From the NCBI RefSeq assembly GCF_018350175.1, contig NC_058368.1:230022001-230086000 (forward strand): a DNA stretch of 64,000 nucleotides. Direction: 5' to 3'. The notes beneath the pieces are model-generated. The model was not told the DNA's origin and made no database searches. It worked only from the letters and a program-made list of their open reading frames with translations. Source of the stretch: Felis catus (taxonomy: Eukaryota). The position numbers and the translations under genes were made by a program. Shown here in pieces: positions 52,401 through 64,000 of the stretch; position 1 is the first letter of the stretch; every line of letters begins with the position of its first letter.

Positions 52401-53430
52401 GAGTAATAATACAGCTGTTATTATTCAAAGACTAAAACCATTATACTATTACATTAGAGTACAGTTATAATAATAACTCCCTCTTACCTGATGTCAGCGC
52501 TGTGGTGACCTCAAGCCCCTCAGTCAATGGTAGATGTGACATTGGCAATTAAAAACCACTCTGGAGGCAATGAGGTGAGCTCTGAAAGGCACACCAAAAA
52601 AAAAAAAATAAAATAAAGAAAGAAAAAAGGAAAAAAAAACACACACAGGAAAGAAATGTCAACAATATAAATGAAGCAGAAGAGAAATGAAACTATTTCT
52701 TTGGTTGTAGGACCCCATAACTGTGTCCAGAATGCCAGAGGACTTTACTGTGTCCACCTAATTATGCAAAAGCTCTGGAGGAGACAGGAACGTTTAGGGA
52801 CAGGCAAACTAACATCCTAGCAGGACAATGCTTGTAATGTAACATGAGATTCATGTCAACACTGGAGACCTTCAGATGTCAAAAACCAGTTCAATGTTTT
52901 TATTTCCTTATCAAATGGGTTCAATAAAATTTCAAAGGATTTCTTAGTTGGAGTATGGAAACAGATGAAGTGGTGCATCACATTTAATGGATGAGGAAAA
53001 TCAGGATCGTTGTTGAATATTAACCTGTTATTTAAGTCACAACTTCCAACCTAATTTGCCTGATACTCTCTCCAGTCCTGCACACCAGTCAAACCGCACT
53101 CTAATTACTCCCTGAAACACTTACATACACCTTCAATATTTGTCTAATTCTGTGCCTTCATTCATGCTGTTCCTTCCACTCATAATGGTTTTCCTCAACC
53201 TTTTCACACAGTCAGCCACTAACCTCTCATCGTCCACCTCGGGTGCCACCTTCTGTATGTGCCATTATCCTTGATGTTCTTCTCCCCACCCTCTCCCATC
53301 TTCCCTAACTGGATGTTGCCTTTGAAATTAATTTGTATCCATCTCATCACAATTTAGCATTTTACTTTATATTCTGTTTAATTATATACAGATTTCAACT
53401 CTTTTGCTAGACTTAAAACTATCAACAAAA

Positions 53431-53447
53431 TCTCTGTTAGGGTTCTC

Positions 53448-53495
<48 letters not shown>

Positions 53496-53969
53496 CAATT
53501 GAATATATGGCGATATATAGAAAGTTTTATTATGAGGTCAGGATGAGATGATTGTAGAAGCTGAGAAGTCCCATAATCTGCCGTGTGCAAGCAAGAGGCC
53601 CATGAAACCTGATGGTATAGTTGCAGTCCAAACTCAGAGAACTGAGAATGAGGGGAGTCCATGATGTAAGTTGGTTTGGTCTGAGTCCAAAGGTCTAGAC
53701 AACCAGGAGTGCCAGAGTCTAAGGGCAAAAGAAGATGGGTGTCCTAGCTCCCATGGAGAGACCAGACTTGCTTTTCTTCTACCTTTTGTTCTGTTGAGCC
53801 TCTCAACTGATTGGATGATTGATGCCCACCAGAATTGGTAAGAGTGATCTTCTTAGTCTACTAAGATTCAAATTCCAGAAACACCGTCATAGACAACGTA
53901 AGAAAGAATGTTTCTCAGTGATTTGGGCATTCCTTAGCTGAGTCAAGTTACATAAAATTAACCATCATA
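53431..53969 (-). mobile_element. ERVL solo LTR (MLT2B-like) with internal (GA)n
   Basis: 'tagggttctcca', 'gctgagaagtccca.aatctgcc', 'ccagaaacacc.tcataga', 'aaaattaaccatca'. Confidence 0.88.
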
Positions 53970-54680
53970 GAATCCATACCTGAGCTAATTTTGTACCCAT
54001 GTCTTTGTCATCCAACAGCTTATAGAAAGCTTTGCCCCTAAATATTTGTTGTCCTACTGCTACTTTATTCGTTCATTCAATTAATGTGTATTTGGCACCT
54101 ACTATGTGGTTGGTATTAGAGAGCTGGATTAGAAAGGTATCAGTATTTTTCTGCCTGGGAATTTAGCATTATAAAAATAGGAACTCCAAAATAATGGGTT
54201 CTTGTGGTATGCTGGCAGTCAAGAAAGTGTTGATGGCTTAATCCCCACCTATGGTTGCTTTTAGTGAGAAGACAGTATTCCTTTTGCATTTTATCTGTGT
54301 ACCAGAGAAATCTGATATCATAGCACTGAAGAGATACTAAGCAGCAATGTCCGCCATACTACTGGAGATAAACTTTGATTTCTAGGGATCTAATGACAGA
54401 ACTCCTTGGAACTTTGGAGCCAGTGAAGATACTTAAGTCATCTCATCCTGAAAAACTGATAGGCACTCAGCTCAAAGAACTACCAGTAAAATTCATTAGG
54501 GATTTTTATGTTAGGAAGATGGTAAATCATGGGAAAATTGATTATTTTGCCATACAAGTGTTATAGCATGAAAGTATATGAAGATGCTGATTTTATAATT
54601 GAGGGGTCTTTTTTAATGTAGATTTTACAGTTTGTCAAGAGAACTTTGGAGGCTAGGTCAATAGAAAGCAAATATTTCCT

Positions 54681-54875
54681 GGGGCACCTGGGTGGCTCAG
54701 TAGGTTAAGCGTCTGACTTTGGCTCAGGTCATGATCTCACAGTTTGTGAGTACGAGCCCTGCATCTGGCTCTCTGCTGTCAGCACAGAGCCCGCTTTGGA
54801 TCCTCTGTCTCCCTCTCTTTCTGCCCCACCCCTGCTTGCGTGCTCTCTCCCTCAAAAATAAATGAAAACATTTAT
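54681..54875 (+). mobile_element. CAN-SINE
   Basis: TSD aaagcaaatatttcct / aaagcaagtatctcct. Confidence 0.95.
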
Positions 54876-55419
54876 AAAGCAAGTATCTCCTGAAGCTTTT
54901 CTCAGAATCAGAAAAGTGTTCTTTCTTACTCTGTAAAGTATTATATTCTTTCTTTTCTTGGTGGCCCAGCAAAGGGATAATATCTTTTGAACTTGGGAGT
55001 AACTAGTTTACTAGTGACTAGTAACTAGTATGCTAATTTGTATGTAATTAGTATACAGAGTATTTAATTATAATTAAACTATAGTAAAGTGTGGAAGAAA
55101 ATGTGAGAGGATTAAGTTTTAATTATTTTAGGTTATGTCTGTAATTTCAAATTAATAATACTATATTAACTTGCAAAAGCCTATGTTCTGTGTAAACAAA
55201 AAAAGTATGAATAGAGACCGCCAGTCAGATTCTCAACATATTCAGTTCCTCAAGTTGATATCAAGACTTAGTAGAGATATCGTGATGCGTGTGATAATAA
55301 ATATTTCTCTTAATGTTACAGAGTATTGAGCTATTGAAGGGTTAAATGTTAAGAATTATTAATTTTCATTTTTAGTAAGTAAGGAGTCACTGAAAGGTTC
55401 TACGTAGATGAATAACAGA

Positions 55420-56870
55420 ATCACATTCATTAATATTTTAAGGATAATTTTTTACTATATTCTGGAGAGCAGACTGAAGGCAGGTATGAACAGGGGCAGA
55501 CACTCTAAAGATGAGTTTAGTTTTGCAGGTGTGTGTACACGACTGTCCACTGACACCCAGTGTGGGGTAGAATTGGAGTGGTGGCAGTGGAGATAGTGGA
55601 CAGATTGGAGAGGTAAAATTGGGAGCTACAAGTCTGTTCTCATATCCAATGTGGGTTTTCCCCCCACACCAAGCAATTACCTAATACCACCCGGGTGTCC
55701 TATAATTCTGACACTCTCTACCTGGAGATAGCATCAGATCCCACAAGTTAAGATTCAGTCCTACAGCCCCTCCCCCGGCCACACATACACTTCACATGCC
55801 AGTGGCAAATCCAGGTTGTCACGTGTCCTTCCAGCCAACCAATCAGCTGTAGATTGGGTTCCATTAATTTTCTAGAGCTGCTCTTAGAACCCAGAGAAGC
55901 ATTTTACTTACTAGATTATTGGTTTATTGTAAAAGGATATACCTCATGAGCAGCCAGCTGGAAGTGATGCATAGGGCATGGTATGGGGGAGGAGCTCAGC
56001 GCTTCCATGTTCTCTTTGAGTGCACCCCTCTCCCCAAATCTTCATGTGTTCACCAACCTGGAAGCTCTTTGAACCTCATGATTTCGGGTTTTTTATGGAG
56101 GCTCCAATATGTAGGCACAAATGATTAAATCATCAACCATTGATGACTAAACTCAATCTTTAGTCCCTCTCCCCTTTCTGGACACCCTGGGGTATGGGAC
56201 TGAAAGCCCAACACTCAAATTACATTGTTGGTTCTCCTGGCCATCAACTCCCCATCTTTTGGTGTGGTCCAGAATTTCATTAACATAACAAAAGACACCT
56301 TTGTCATTCTTAGCACCTAGGTAATTTCAAGGGTTTTAGGAGCTATGTGACAGAAATGGGACTGAAGAACAAACATAGTTCTTATTATAAATCACAGTAT
56401 CACAGTGGTATTTAATGATCTATTGTGCATATCTGGGGAGAATAAAGTCCAGAATCATAAACAAATTTGGGGACTAGGTAACTTGGGTAAATGATGGTAC
56501 CATGGACTAAGATAGGAAACCAACAGAATGAGAACAGGTTTGTAGGTTGTCTGTGATGTCAGTTTTGGACATGAACCTGTGGATTTTCTAGAGTGGGTGC
56601 CGTGGATAGTTGTGTACCCACCATTATTGGTTATTGAAGCTGTGAGGATTGGTGAAATTATTTGGACAAAAATCTAAGAAAATAGAAATTTAAAAGAATC
56701 CCAGTGAGAAGAGTAGCTTGAGAGAGTAGGAGACATCCACAGAGAAGAAGAACAGCCAGAGAGGTGGGAAGGAAGGCAGGGAGGGGTGTATTGAAAACCA
56801 TAAGAAGAATTTGTTTCAGGAAGAAAGGAGAAGCCAACAAAGTAAAATGCTAACAATAGGTTACAATACT
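55420..56870 (-). mobile_element. L2 remnant split by the MER21-like LTR
   Basis: L2-reverse motifs on both sides, e.g. 'tgggtaaatgatggtaccatggactaagataggaaac', 'cagttttggacatg'. Confidence 0.55.
55632..56404 (-). mobile_element. MER21-like solo LTR
   Basis: 'ctgacactctctacctggagatagcatcagatcccaca' and terminus 'ttattataaatcacagtatcaca'. Confidence 0.8.
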
Positions 56871-57271
56871 GGTGGCATATGGTAATGAGAGCATATATAA
56901 TTATTCCATTGGTACGAATATTTAGCTATTCAAATTTCAACCATGCATTGAGTGAGAAAGGATAAATATTGGCCTTTGTCACTCAAACATTGCTATTCTA
57001 AATAGAATTATTACTATAATTCTTATTCTGTTATTCAAGTTAGTTATACAAAAGACATACAGTATGGGGGGAAGAGCAAGCACAATTCATGGAAAAATAT
57101 CATAGAAATTTTGCATTGGAAATGCCACAAAAGTATCTTTTATATTTTATTTTTATATTCCTTCTTTTATATTCCTTCAGATCCCTTAATCAGTTTGCTT
57201 TAGGCATGCACGCTGTTGCACACTTTCTCATATTGACCCAAACATTATTTTTTGAGGTCAGACATTAAGTC

Positions 57272-57330
57272 ATCCATCCACCCACCCATCCACCCATCCA
57301 CCCATCCACCCATCCATCCATCCATCCATT
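57272..57330. repeat. (CCAT/CCAC)n repeat at an L2 tail
   Basis: Read directly; followed by L2-reverse 'catttattgagagtgcta'. Confidence 0.9.
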
Positions 57331-58139
57331 CATCATTTATTGAGAGTGCTATATATTAGGTGAGAAGAAGATGATAATGTAAAGGCATGACCCCTGCCAC
57401 CAAGACATGTATGTGCTAAGACAGAAGACAAGTATGTAATTAAGTTAATTCAATAAAACATTGTTGTACTATGAGAGTGGTGGTCATTTCTTGTCATGTG
57501 TAGGGGGTGAAGGTGAGGCCAGGAATGTACTCATACAGACAGATGATAATTAAATGAATCAATGTTGGGATTCAACACCATAAAACTGAAAGGCAAAAGC
57601 GTATTTCCTAAACAAGGAACAGAGGAACGGTGGGGAAGAGGAACTGGATATTTGGAGCAATGGTCGTAGAGTCAGCACATGCAAAATCCGTTGGAGGAGA
57701 TGCAAGTCATTGATCTTGTCAGAGCCTAGTGTTTTGGTACTTCCTCTTTTATTCTTTAAATATTGGAAGGCTGCTCTCTCCACTGTGGTGTAAACATAGA
57801 CAAAGCTGTTGGAGCATAACTTCTTATCGTCGTCCTTGCCCTCACAGGGTGTATATGAGTTTCAAAGTGGCACTCTTACAAGTTAAGGATCATTATTAGA
57901 AGGAAATATTTCAGTTGTACTGTGAACTTGAACACAACAATAAGTATAATTCTTCCAGTGGTTGGACATACTCATCCCAGTATTTTATTTCTAGAAAGGC
58001 AAGGAAAACTAAGAAGAGAGTATGAAATGGTACAAACTTCAATAAGGAAGTTTGTATTGTTATTTTGGCTGGATTGTTCCTGATTCTATAGCCTCCATTA
58101 AAATGATGGGAACAAATAATCCTAGATTTTTGAGGCAGT

Positions 58140-58345
58140 GGAGTTCTGAACAGTTAGAGCTGGCCTTTGAGTTCTACTCCTGCCTGATCTTTGGGGAAGC
58201 TCCTGACATTTTTAAGTTTGAAATGTCTCAGACAATAAAATGCCTTATTGGATCAGTGTGAGGAATGAATAATTAATGCATGTAAGCACTTAACAGAGTA
58301 TGATACATGGTAAGCAAATACTTACAATCTTGATTGCCATTATTA
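58140..58345 (+). mobile_element. MIR
   Basis: 'gtgaggaatgaa...atgcatgtaagcacttaacagag...tacatggtaagc'. Confidence 0.7.
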
Positions 58346-58525
58346 CGTGCTACTATAATAAATAGAGTAGTCATTCCTAAACAGATATGGGCATAAAAAT
58401 CACTAGTAGAAGCTTTTCAAAAGGTACATGGTAGGGCCCCATTACCTTTAAATTTTTATTCTGTAGTTCTGGGTTATGTATTAGGTATTTTCAAAGTTCT
58501 ATAAATAAAAATGAAAAAAAAAAGA

Positions 58526-58705
58526 GGGGCACCAGGGTGGCTCAGTTGATTGAGCGTCCAGCTCTTGATTTTGGCTCAGGTCATGATCCCAGGGTCATGG
58601 GTTCAAGCCCTGCATCAGGCTTTATGCTGAGCATGGAGGCTGCTTGAGATTTCTCTCTCTGTCTCGCCTGCTCACGTGCTCTCTCTTAGATAAATAATAT
58701 GGAAA
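58526..58705 (+). mobile_element. CAN-SINE inserted in a MER5-like remnant
   Basis: TSD aaagttctataaat (58493-58506) / aaagttctagaaat (58706-58719). Confidence 0.92.
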
Positions 58706-60249
58706 AAAGTTCTAGAAATTATCATGATATAGTTAAGAGTCACCAATATAATACCATCACTAATTTTTTGAATGAAACTTAGTGGATTTTTACATCATTT
58801 TAAACTACCAAGAACTATGGCCTTCTTTATTTCATGGAGTCTTGTCATTTAGGTGACTTAAGTAAACTGTGGTAAACATGCTTTATTCGGATAACAAAGC
58901 ATTTGGTAAAATGTCAGAACAAAGCAGATAGAATTCTACAGCTTGAAGGAGTTGGTCAGAAAGAGGCATTTCTTCATGTTTTTATTTTATTGAAGCCGTT
59001 CTGGAAAGATGCCTATGATTTTGCTTCAGGGTGCTGATTCCTGTCATCTGCTGTCTTGCTAGGTGACCCAGAATGACACTGTGGTTGTTTAAAACATTAA
59101 TCTGTCAGTTTTGTAAACTTCCATGGACAGCTCTTTGCCATAGTTTTTGACTCATCAGTGAGGTCTACACAGCGTTACGGTTGACATTGATTTGTTCCAT
59201 TCCATCCTGACATCATGGCTTTGTTCTTTCCAGATTTGTTGGACACTTTGCTGTAGGCTTCCTATCATTACCCTGTCATGTGTGCCACCATCCCTTTGAT
59301 TTGGCTTCAGAACATGTCTCAGTGGGATGAAATTGACATTGCCAGGAGTTTGTGGCTATGAAATCAACTCATTCATGTGAAACAGGAATTAAAAGTGATG
59401 TGGGGGGAAAAGGTCACCTAAGATTATCTGATGGTATAAATCCTTGATGGACACAGGGATGGGGGGCACTGGGAAGCAAAACCTCATCTGCACAGTGGAA
59501 AAAGGACACGAGCTAGAATATGGTCCTGGAAATCACTGCATCCTAGGGCCTGAAGAGAGATGCAGTGATCTTCCATTCTGTCATTTTATATAGAACTAGC
59601 AAGGTTGCATTAGCATTGATGCTTCTGAGAATGAGGCCTTAGAACCTGGTGTGGGATATGGTTAGGCTTGGGTCAGGAGTAGGAGGACCGACCAGTGTAA
59701 CTTACAATAATCTTGCTGAGAGCGCCCCTCAGATGGTAGGTACAAAGGCCAAGGACACTTGAGGTTCACTCATACTGTGGTTTGTACTCCTTGGCTCTGA
59801 AGTTTCTGATTTCTTTTAGAAAAGGAACTGACCTCCAAGTAAAGAAGGTAAATGGAACTCTTGCGTTAATATCTGCTCCCTTGCCAAAGTGGACTTTTTT
59901 AAAGGGATAACCCCATAAACATCTCACCGAGTTTGAGTGGCCATCAACTCAAAAATATTTCACATGCCATGAAGAAGGCCACAGTGCTTCTGATCAAACT
60001 AGAATACACTTTCAAATATAAGTCATCCCAATTCAAGAACGAATAAACCCAGAAGCATTAAAGTGAAGTCTTAGAACTGATTAAACATGGTTCATAGACA
60101 AAGTGGTAAATAACTTATCATATCTAAGAAAATGAGTTCTAAACAGAAGAAGTAAAAACATAGGCTAATTTATAAGGAAAGTCTTGGAAAGGTTTGTAAG
60201 AGTGGGGACATGGGGTATGAAGTATAGTTCTACGAACAGGAGATTGTTA

Positions 60250-62470
60250 GCAAATCTGTTTAAATATCAATTGACCCCCAAGTCCCTGACCCTACCGTAT
60301 ACCAGATGACTGTTCCTCTCCCACATTGGCAAACACTAGAGGTGTAACATCTGGGGGGGATGAAATTAGAGTCTCTTAACTCAGGGGCATGAGGAAGAGT
60401 GAGTGATAAAGTCGGTATTGAAAGTTGACAGTGGGAGTAAGTGGAATTTTACTTACTAAATTTTGAGCAACCCCCCCTCACCCTGCCGCCAGCCTCTACC
60501 CCTAGACAGTTTTCAGAACAGGGCAGCCACATGTGTATCCTCAAAGATGGAGCTTGAGAGAGCCGTCTTTGGGAGTTCTGCATGGACACACCCACTGATT
60601 CTCCTGGAAGAGCACAGATAACCAGCTCGTTTCACCAAGGGTCCGATCAGCTCTCCGAATGCCCTCTCAAATAGAAGAAGCCTGCCAGGGAATTTGATGT
60701 GTTCAGAAGCCTAGAACATGAAAGAAAGACTCTAAAACAAATGGAAAATCATTATAAAATAGGAAGTATGCAAAGAGAAGAAGACATAATATTAACATCA
60801 TGGAGAGAGGAAAAAAAGATTTCACATGAAATAAAACGTTGGATGATAATTAAAAGAAAGATTCAGAGAACAAAAATGAGGTCTTAGAAATTTAAAGTAT
60901 AATAATATATTGACACTGATGATGATTAAATTGAGGAAACTTCCCAGAAAGTAAAAGCAAAACATAGATGGGAAACTAGAAAAGAAATAGATTTAAATAA
61001 GAAACTTAGTCAACTGATGTATATAACATCTGAAGAGTTAAAAACACAAAAACAGCAACAAGAAAATTTTTTCTATTTTTTTTAATGTTTTTTAATTTTT
61101 GACAGAGTCAGAGTGCAAACGGGGGAGGGGCAGAGGAAGGGAGACACAAACCAAAACAGGCTCTAGGCTCCAAACTGTCAGTACAGAGCCCGACGCGGGG
61201 CTTGAACTCACGAGACATGAGCTCATGACCTGAGCTGAAGTCGGATGTTTACCTGACTGAGCCACCCAGGCACCCCAAGAAAATTTTTTTCAAGGGAGAA
61301 AAGCATGAAGAAATTTTTAATAGAGTTACACAATTGCCTAGAACTGAGCAATGTAAGTTTCTGGATTGAAAGGTCCCACTAAAGGTCCTGAAAATGTCTC
61401 ACATTTCAGGACTAAAGGTCCTGAAAATAGACACATCACAACAGAATTTTAGAACACTAGGGACCAAGAAAAGATACAAGTTTTCTGGGAAGAAGTAAAA
61501 GCAGATTTCACGCAAAAAATAATAAAAATTTATAATGTTTCACACTTTTCAACAGCCACACTGGAAGGCAAGAGATAATGAAGTGCTAGCTGAAAATTCT
61601 AAGGGAAAATTATTTCCGACCTAGAATTCTCTACTTCTGTAACTAGTTTTAGAACTAAGTTTGAGAGTAGAATAAAAACATATCAGATATGCAAGATCTC
61701 AAAAAACTACCTCCCACTCTCTCTTTCTCTCTGGAGAGACATTTTCTACCAGAAAAGGAAACAAAGTAGGAAAACGAAATAGCAGGTCTAGAAAGAGGGA
61801 ACCCACATAAGAGAAGGCCAGAGGAGATCCCCAGCTTGAAGGTGAAGGGAGCGTCCAGGATGACCACTGTGTAAAGAGGCCAGATTAGAACAGGTTGGAA
61901 GACACCAGAAGAGAGTTTTTTTTCAATGGATAGAACTGATATGTTCTTTCCTGTGTTGGATTTATTGAGAGAAGTTGCTATCAAGCAAGGGAAGTTTTTG
62001 GTTGGATTCATGGTAAGTACATAGACAGCTGAACAAGTGAACAGTAGTAACAAAGAAGACAAGCCATTCATTTAGAGAAAACAAAATGTTTGATATTGGT
62101 GTTAAGAAAGCCATGGTATGAAGCATGTGCATTTTGATATTGTTCTACTGAACATCAAAGTTTAAAATATGTAGAGAACATGGGGGAAGATGGGCAAAGG
62201 GTCAATGCATGATGGCAGATGGGGAAATGGAGCTAAATCCTTGTCTTCTGTGGGAAATCAATTGATGATGCCTATAACCAAAAATTTCAGGAATAATAAT
62301 ATTTGAAAGTTAATGGAGATTTGGATATAGAAATCAGTAAAGGAGTTAAAAGTGCTTGACTCTGAAGAAGAGAAAATGAGAAGGTAGAATTGCTGTTAGT
62401 TTTCAAACAAACTTGATCAAATATTTTACCCGCTTCAATTTGTACATATTTAGATGGATTTAACAATGAC
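60250..62470 (+). mobile_element. Old L1M remnant (5'/ORF1-like region)
   Basis: 'ttgaggaaacttcccagaaagta', 'cacttttcaacagccacactggaaggcaagagataatg...aaaattctaagggaaaattatttccgacctagaattct'. Confidence 0.7.
61073..61276 (-). mobile_element. CAN-SINE inside L1M
   Basis: TSD aagaaaatttttt on both sides. Confidence 0.95.
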
Positions 62471-63669
62471 AATTATTTTCCCTTATACAGTTAGAAGTAT
62501 AGATGACAATTAGATTATCTTCTTATATATAATTTTATATATTTATATTTTATGTGTGTTATATATTTATTATATATAAGGCATGTATAATTATGTAATA
62601 TGTAAATAAGTATATTTTTATATATGTATAAAATCAAAGAAGCACTGATTAGAAGGAAAAAAGCAAAACAAAGAAAATTTAGACAAAAGAAACATCACCT
62701 AGATAAACCTTTAACAGCTCTTTTAAGGATCGCACAAGTTTATTACAATTGATGAGCTGACTGAATTCTGAGAATAACACTATGATGAAATCATTTCATA
62801 GAACTGCTGATATTTTTTAAGTCCTTATGGAAGTTTTCTCACCTTCACTTGTGACCAGGAAATGCCTTCTTTGAAAAAAAATATTTTGTAACAAACCATT
62901 TAGCAATTTCATTCCAGGGAACTTGATACCAGGATCTTGTGTCATTTGTTCACCCACATGCACCTAGTTCCAGTTACATATCCAGAGTTTTACTCACAAG
63001 ATAAAATGATAACTTAGGACCTAGTCCCTTCCTTAAGAAGTAATCATAATATTGAAGAGATAATCATAATAAAGTACATAAAGTATGAGAACAAAAGTAT
63101 AAACTGATTATCATTGGATCCCAAATTATAGCATTATAGACTCTTGAGAAGTGGAGATTAGAACAGCTGGCCATCAAAGGAAAGTAGACCTGTTGCCCAT
63201 TAATAGGTTTTCCATTCCCATCTACGTTGACCTAACAGGCCTCACTTAGGAGACCCTGGGAGCCTTCACTACCATGGTCAAAACTATCAAATACCATCCC
63301 CTTTCTGCTCGTCACCTTCATGCCTACCACTGTTCTGTTGCAACATAAGACTGTGCAGGACTGCCATTTTGTGTCTTGGTAGGTGCCAGTCCTCATTCTA
63401 CCTTACTCTTACAGGAGACGAGGTTGACGAAGAAGTCTTGATGCCTTAGGATGTGAAGTCCACACAGACAGTCTCAGAATATGTTCTGAGTCCATCTTCC
63501 CACTTCATGTGGTTGGCATGGTCAGTTTGAATCTTAAGTCATTGGCTTCTAGCAATCAGATCTACTCTGTAGAAAATGACTTCCGCTGCCTAGAAGCTCA
63601 TCCATCTTGTCCATTCTCCACTTCTGTCTAATCTCTTTTCTATCTTCTCATATTAGAAAAATCATGGCA

Positions 63670-63883
63670 GGGGCGCCTGGGTGGCTCAATTAGTTGGGTG
63701 ACCAACTTCAGCTCAGGTCATGATCTCACAGTTTGTGAGTTTGAGCCCCACATGTCTGTGCTGACAGCTCAGTGCCTGGAGCCTATTTCAGATTCTGTAT
63801 CTCCCCCTCTCTGCCCCTCCCCTGCTCACACACTGTGTCTCTGTCTCTCAATAATAAATAATCATTTAAAAAATTTTTTTTAA
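63670..63883 (+). mobile_element. CAN-SINE
   Basis: TSD agaaaaatcatggca / agaaaaattatggca. Confidence 0.95.
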
Positions 63884-63944
63884 AGAAAAATTATGGCAAA
63901 TCTATATTTACTGAATTCACTATGCAGTCTAAAGTTTTCTACTT

Positions 63945-64000
63945 CCTTAAAGTTTATTTATTTTTGAGGGAGAGAAAACACAAGTGGGGCAAGGGCAGAG
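63945..64000 (-). mobile_element. CAN-SINE 3' end, cut by the window edge
   Basis: 'tttatttatttttgag...aagtggggcaagggcagag'. Confidence 0.8.

Noticed and set aside
59221..59400. Acceptor-like ttgttctttccag as a possible coding exon start
   Set aside because: The frames I read hit stops, and I saw no good donor.
61655..62071. 138-aa minus-strand ORF
   Set aside because: Antisense to a degraded L1 remnant, with no recognisable homology.
2109..63883. Recurring peptides such as 'AQVMIS...EPASDSVSPSL' that look like a gene family
   Set aside because: CAN-SINE translations, not proteins.

Overview
Mammalian genomic DNA, AT-rich and repeat-dense. It is carnivore and almost certainly felid, judging by about 22 tRNA-derived CAN-SINE (SINEC_Fc-type) copies and carnivore L1 3' ends. 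I find no supportable protein-coding exon, RNA gene or CRISPR array; the ORFs in the supplied track fall in SINEs, LINEs, microsatellites or apparently random sequence. The window holds young and old SINEs (many with readable target-site duplications), L1/L2/CR1/MIR fragments, about seven solo LTRs, a few MER5-type DNA transposon remnants and microsatellites. Most LTRs and L1s lie on the minus strand, which suggests a large intron of a plus-strand gene that I cannot name. The most noteworthy structures are: a TE-poor candidate alternative promoter/first exon near 40.3-40.74 kb; two dispersed ~90-bp local duplications; an inverted pair of L1 3' ends truncated at the same point and sharing a 59-bp identical block; SINEs with extra 5' sequence inside their TSDs; a micro template-switch scar; and a minus-strand non-coding exon candidate. 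I see no convincing new multi-component biological system. Repeat family names come from recognition by eye, not from a database search, and boundaries of old elements are approximate.
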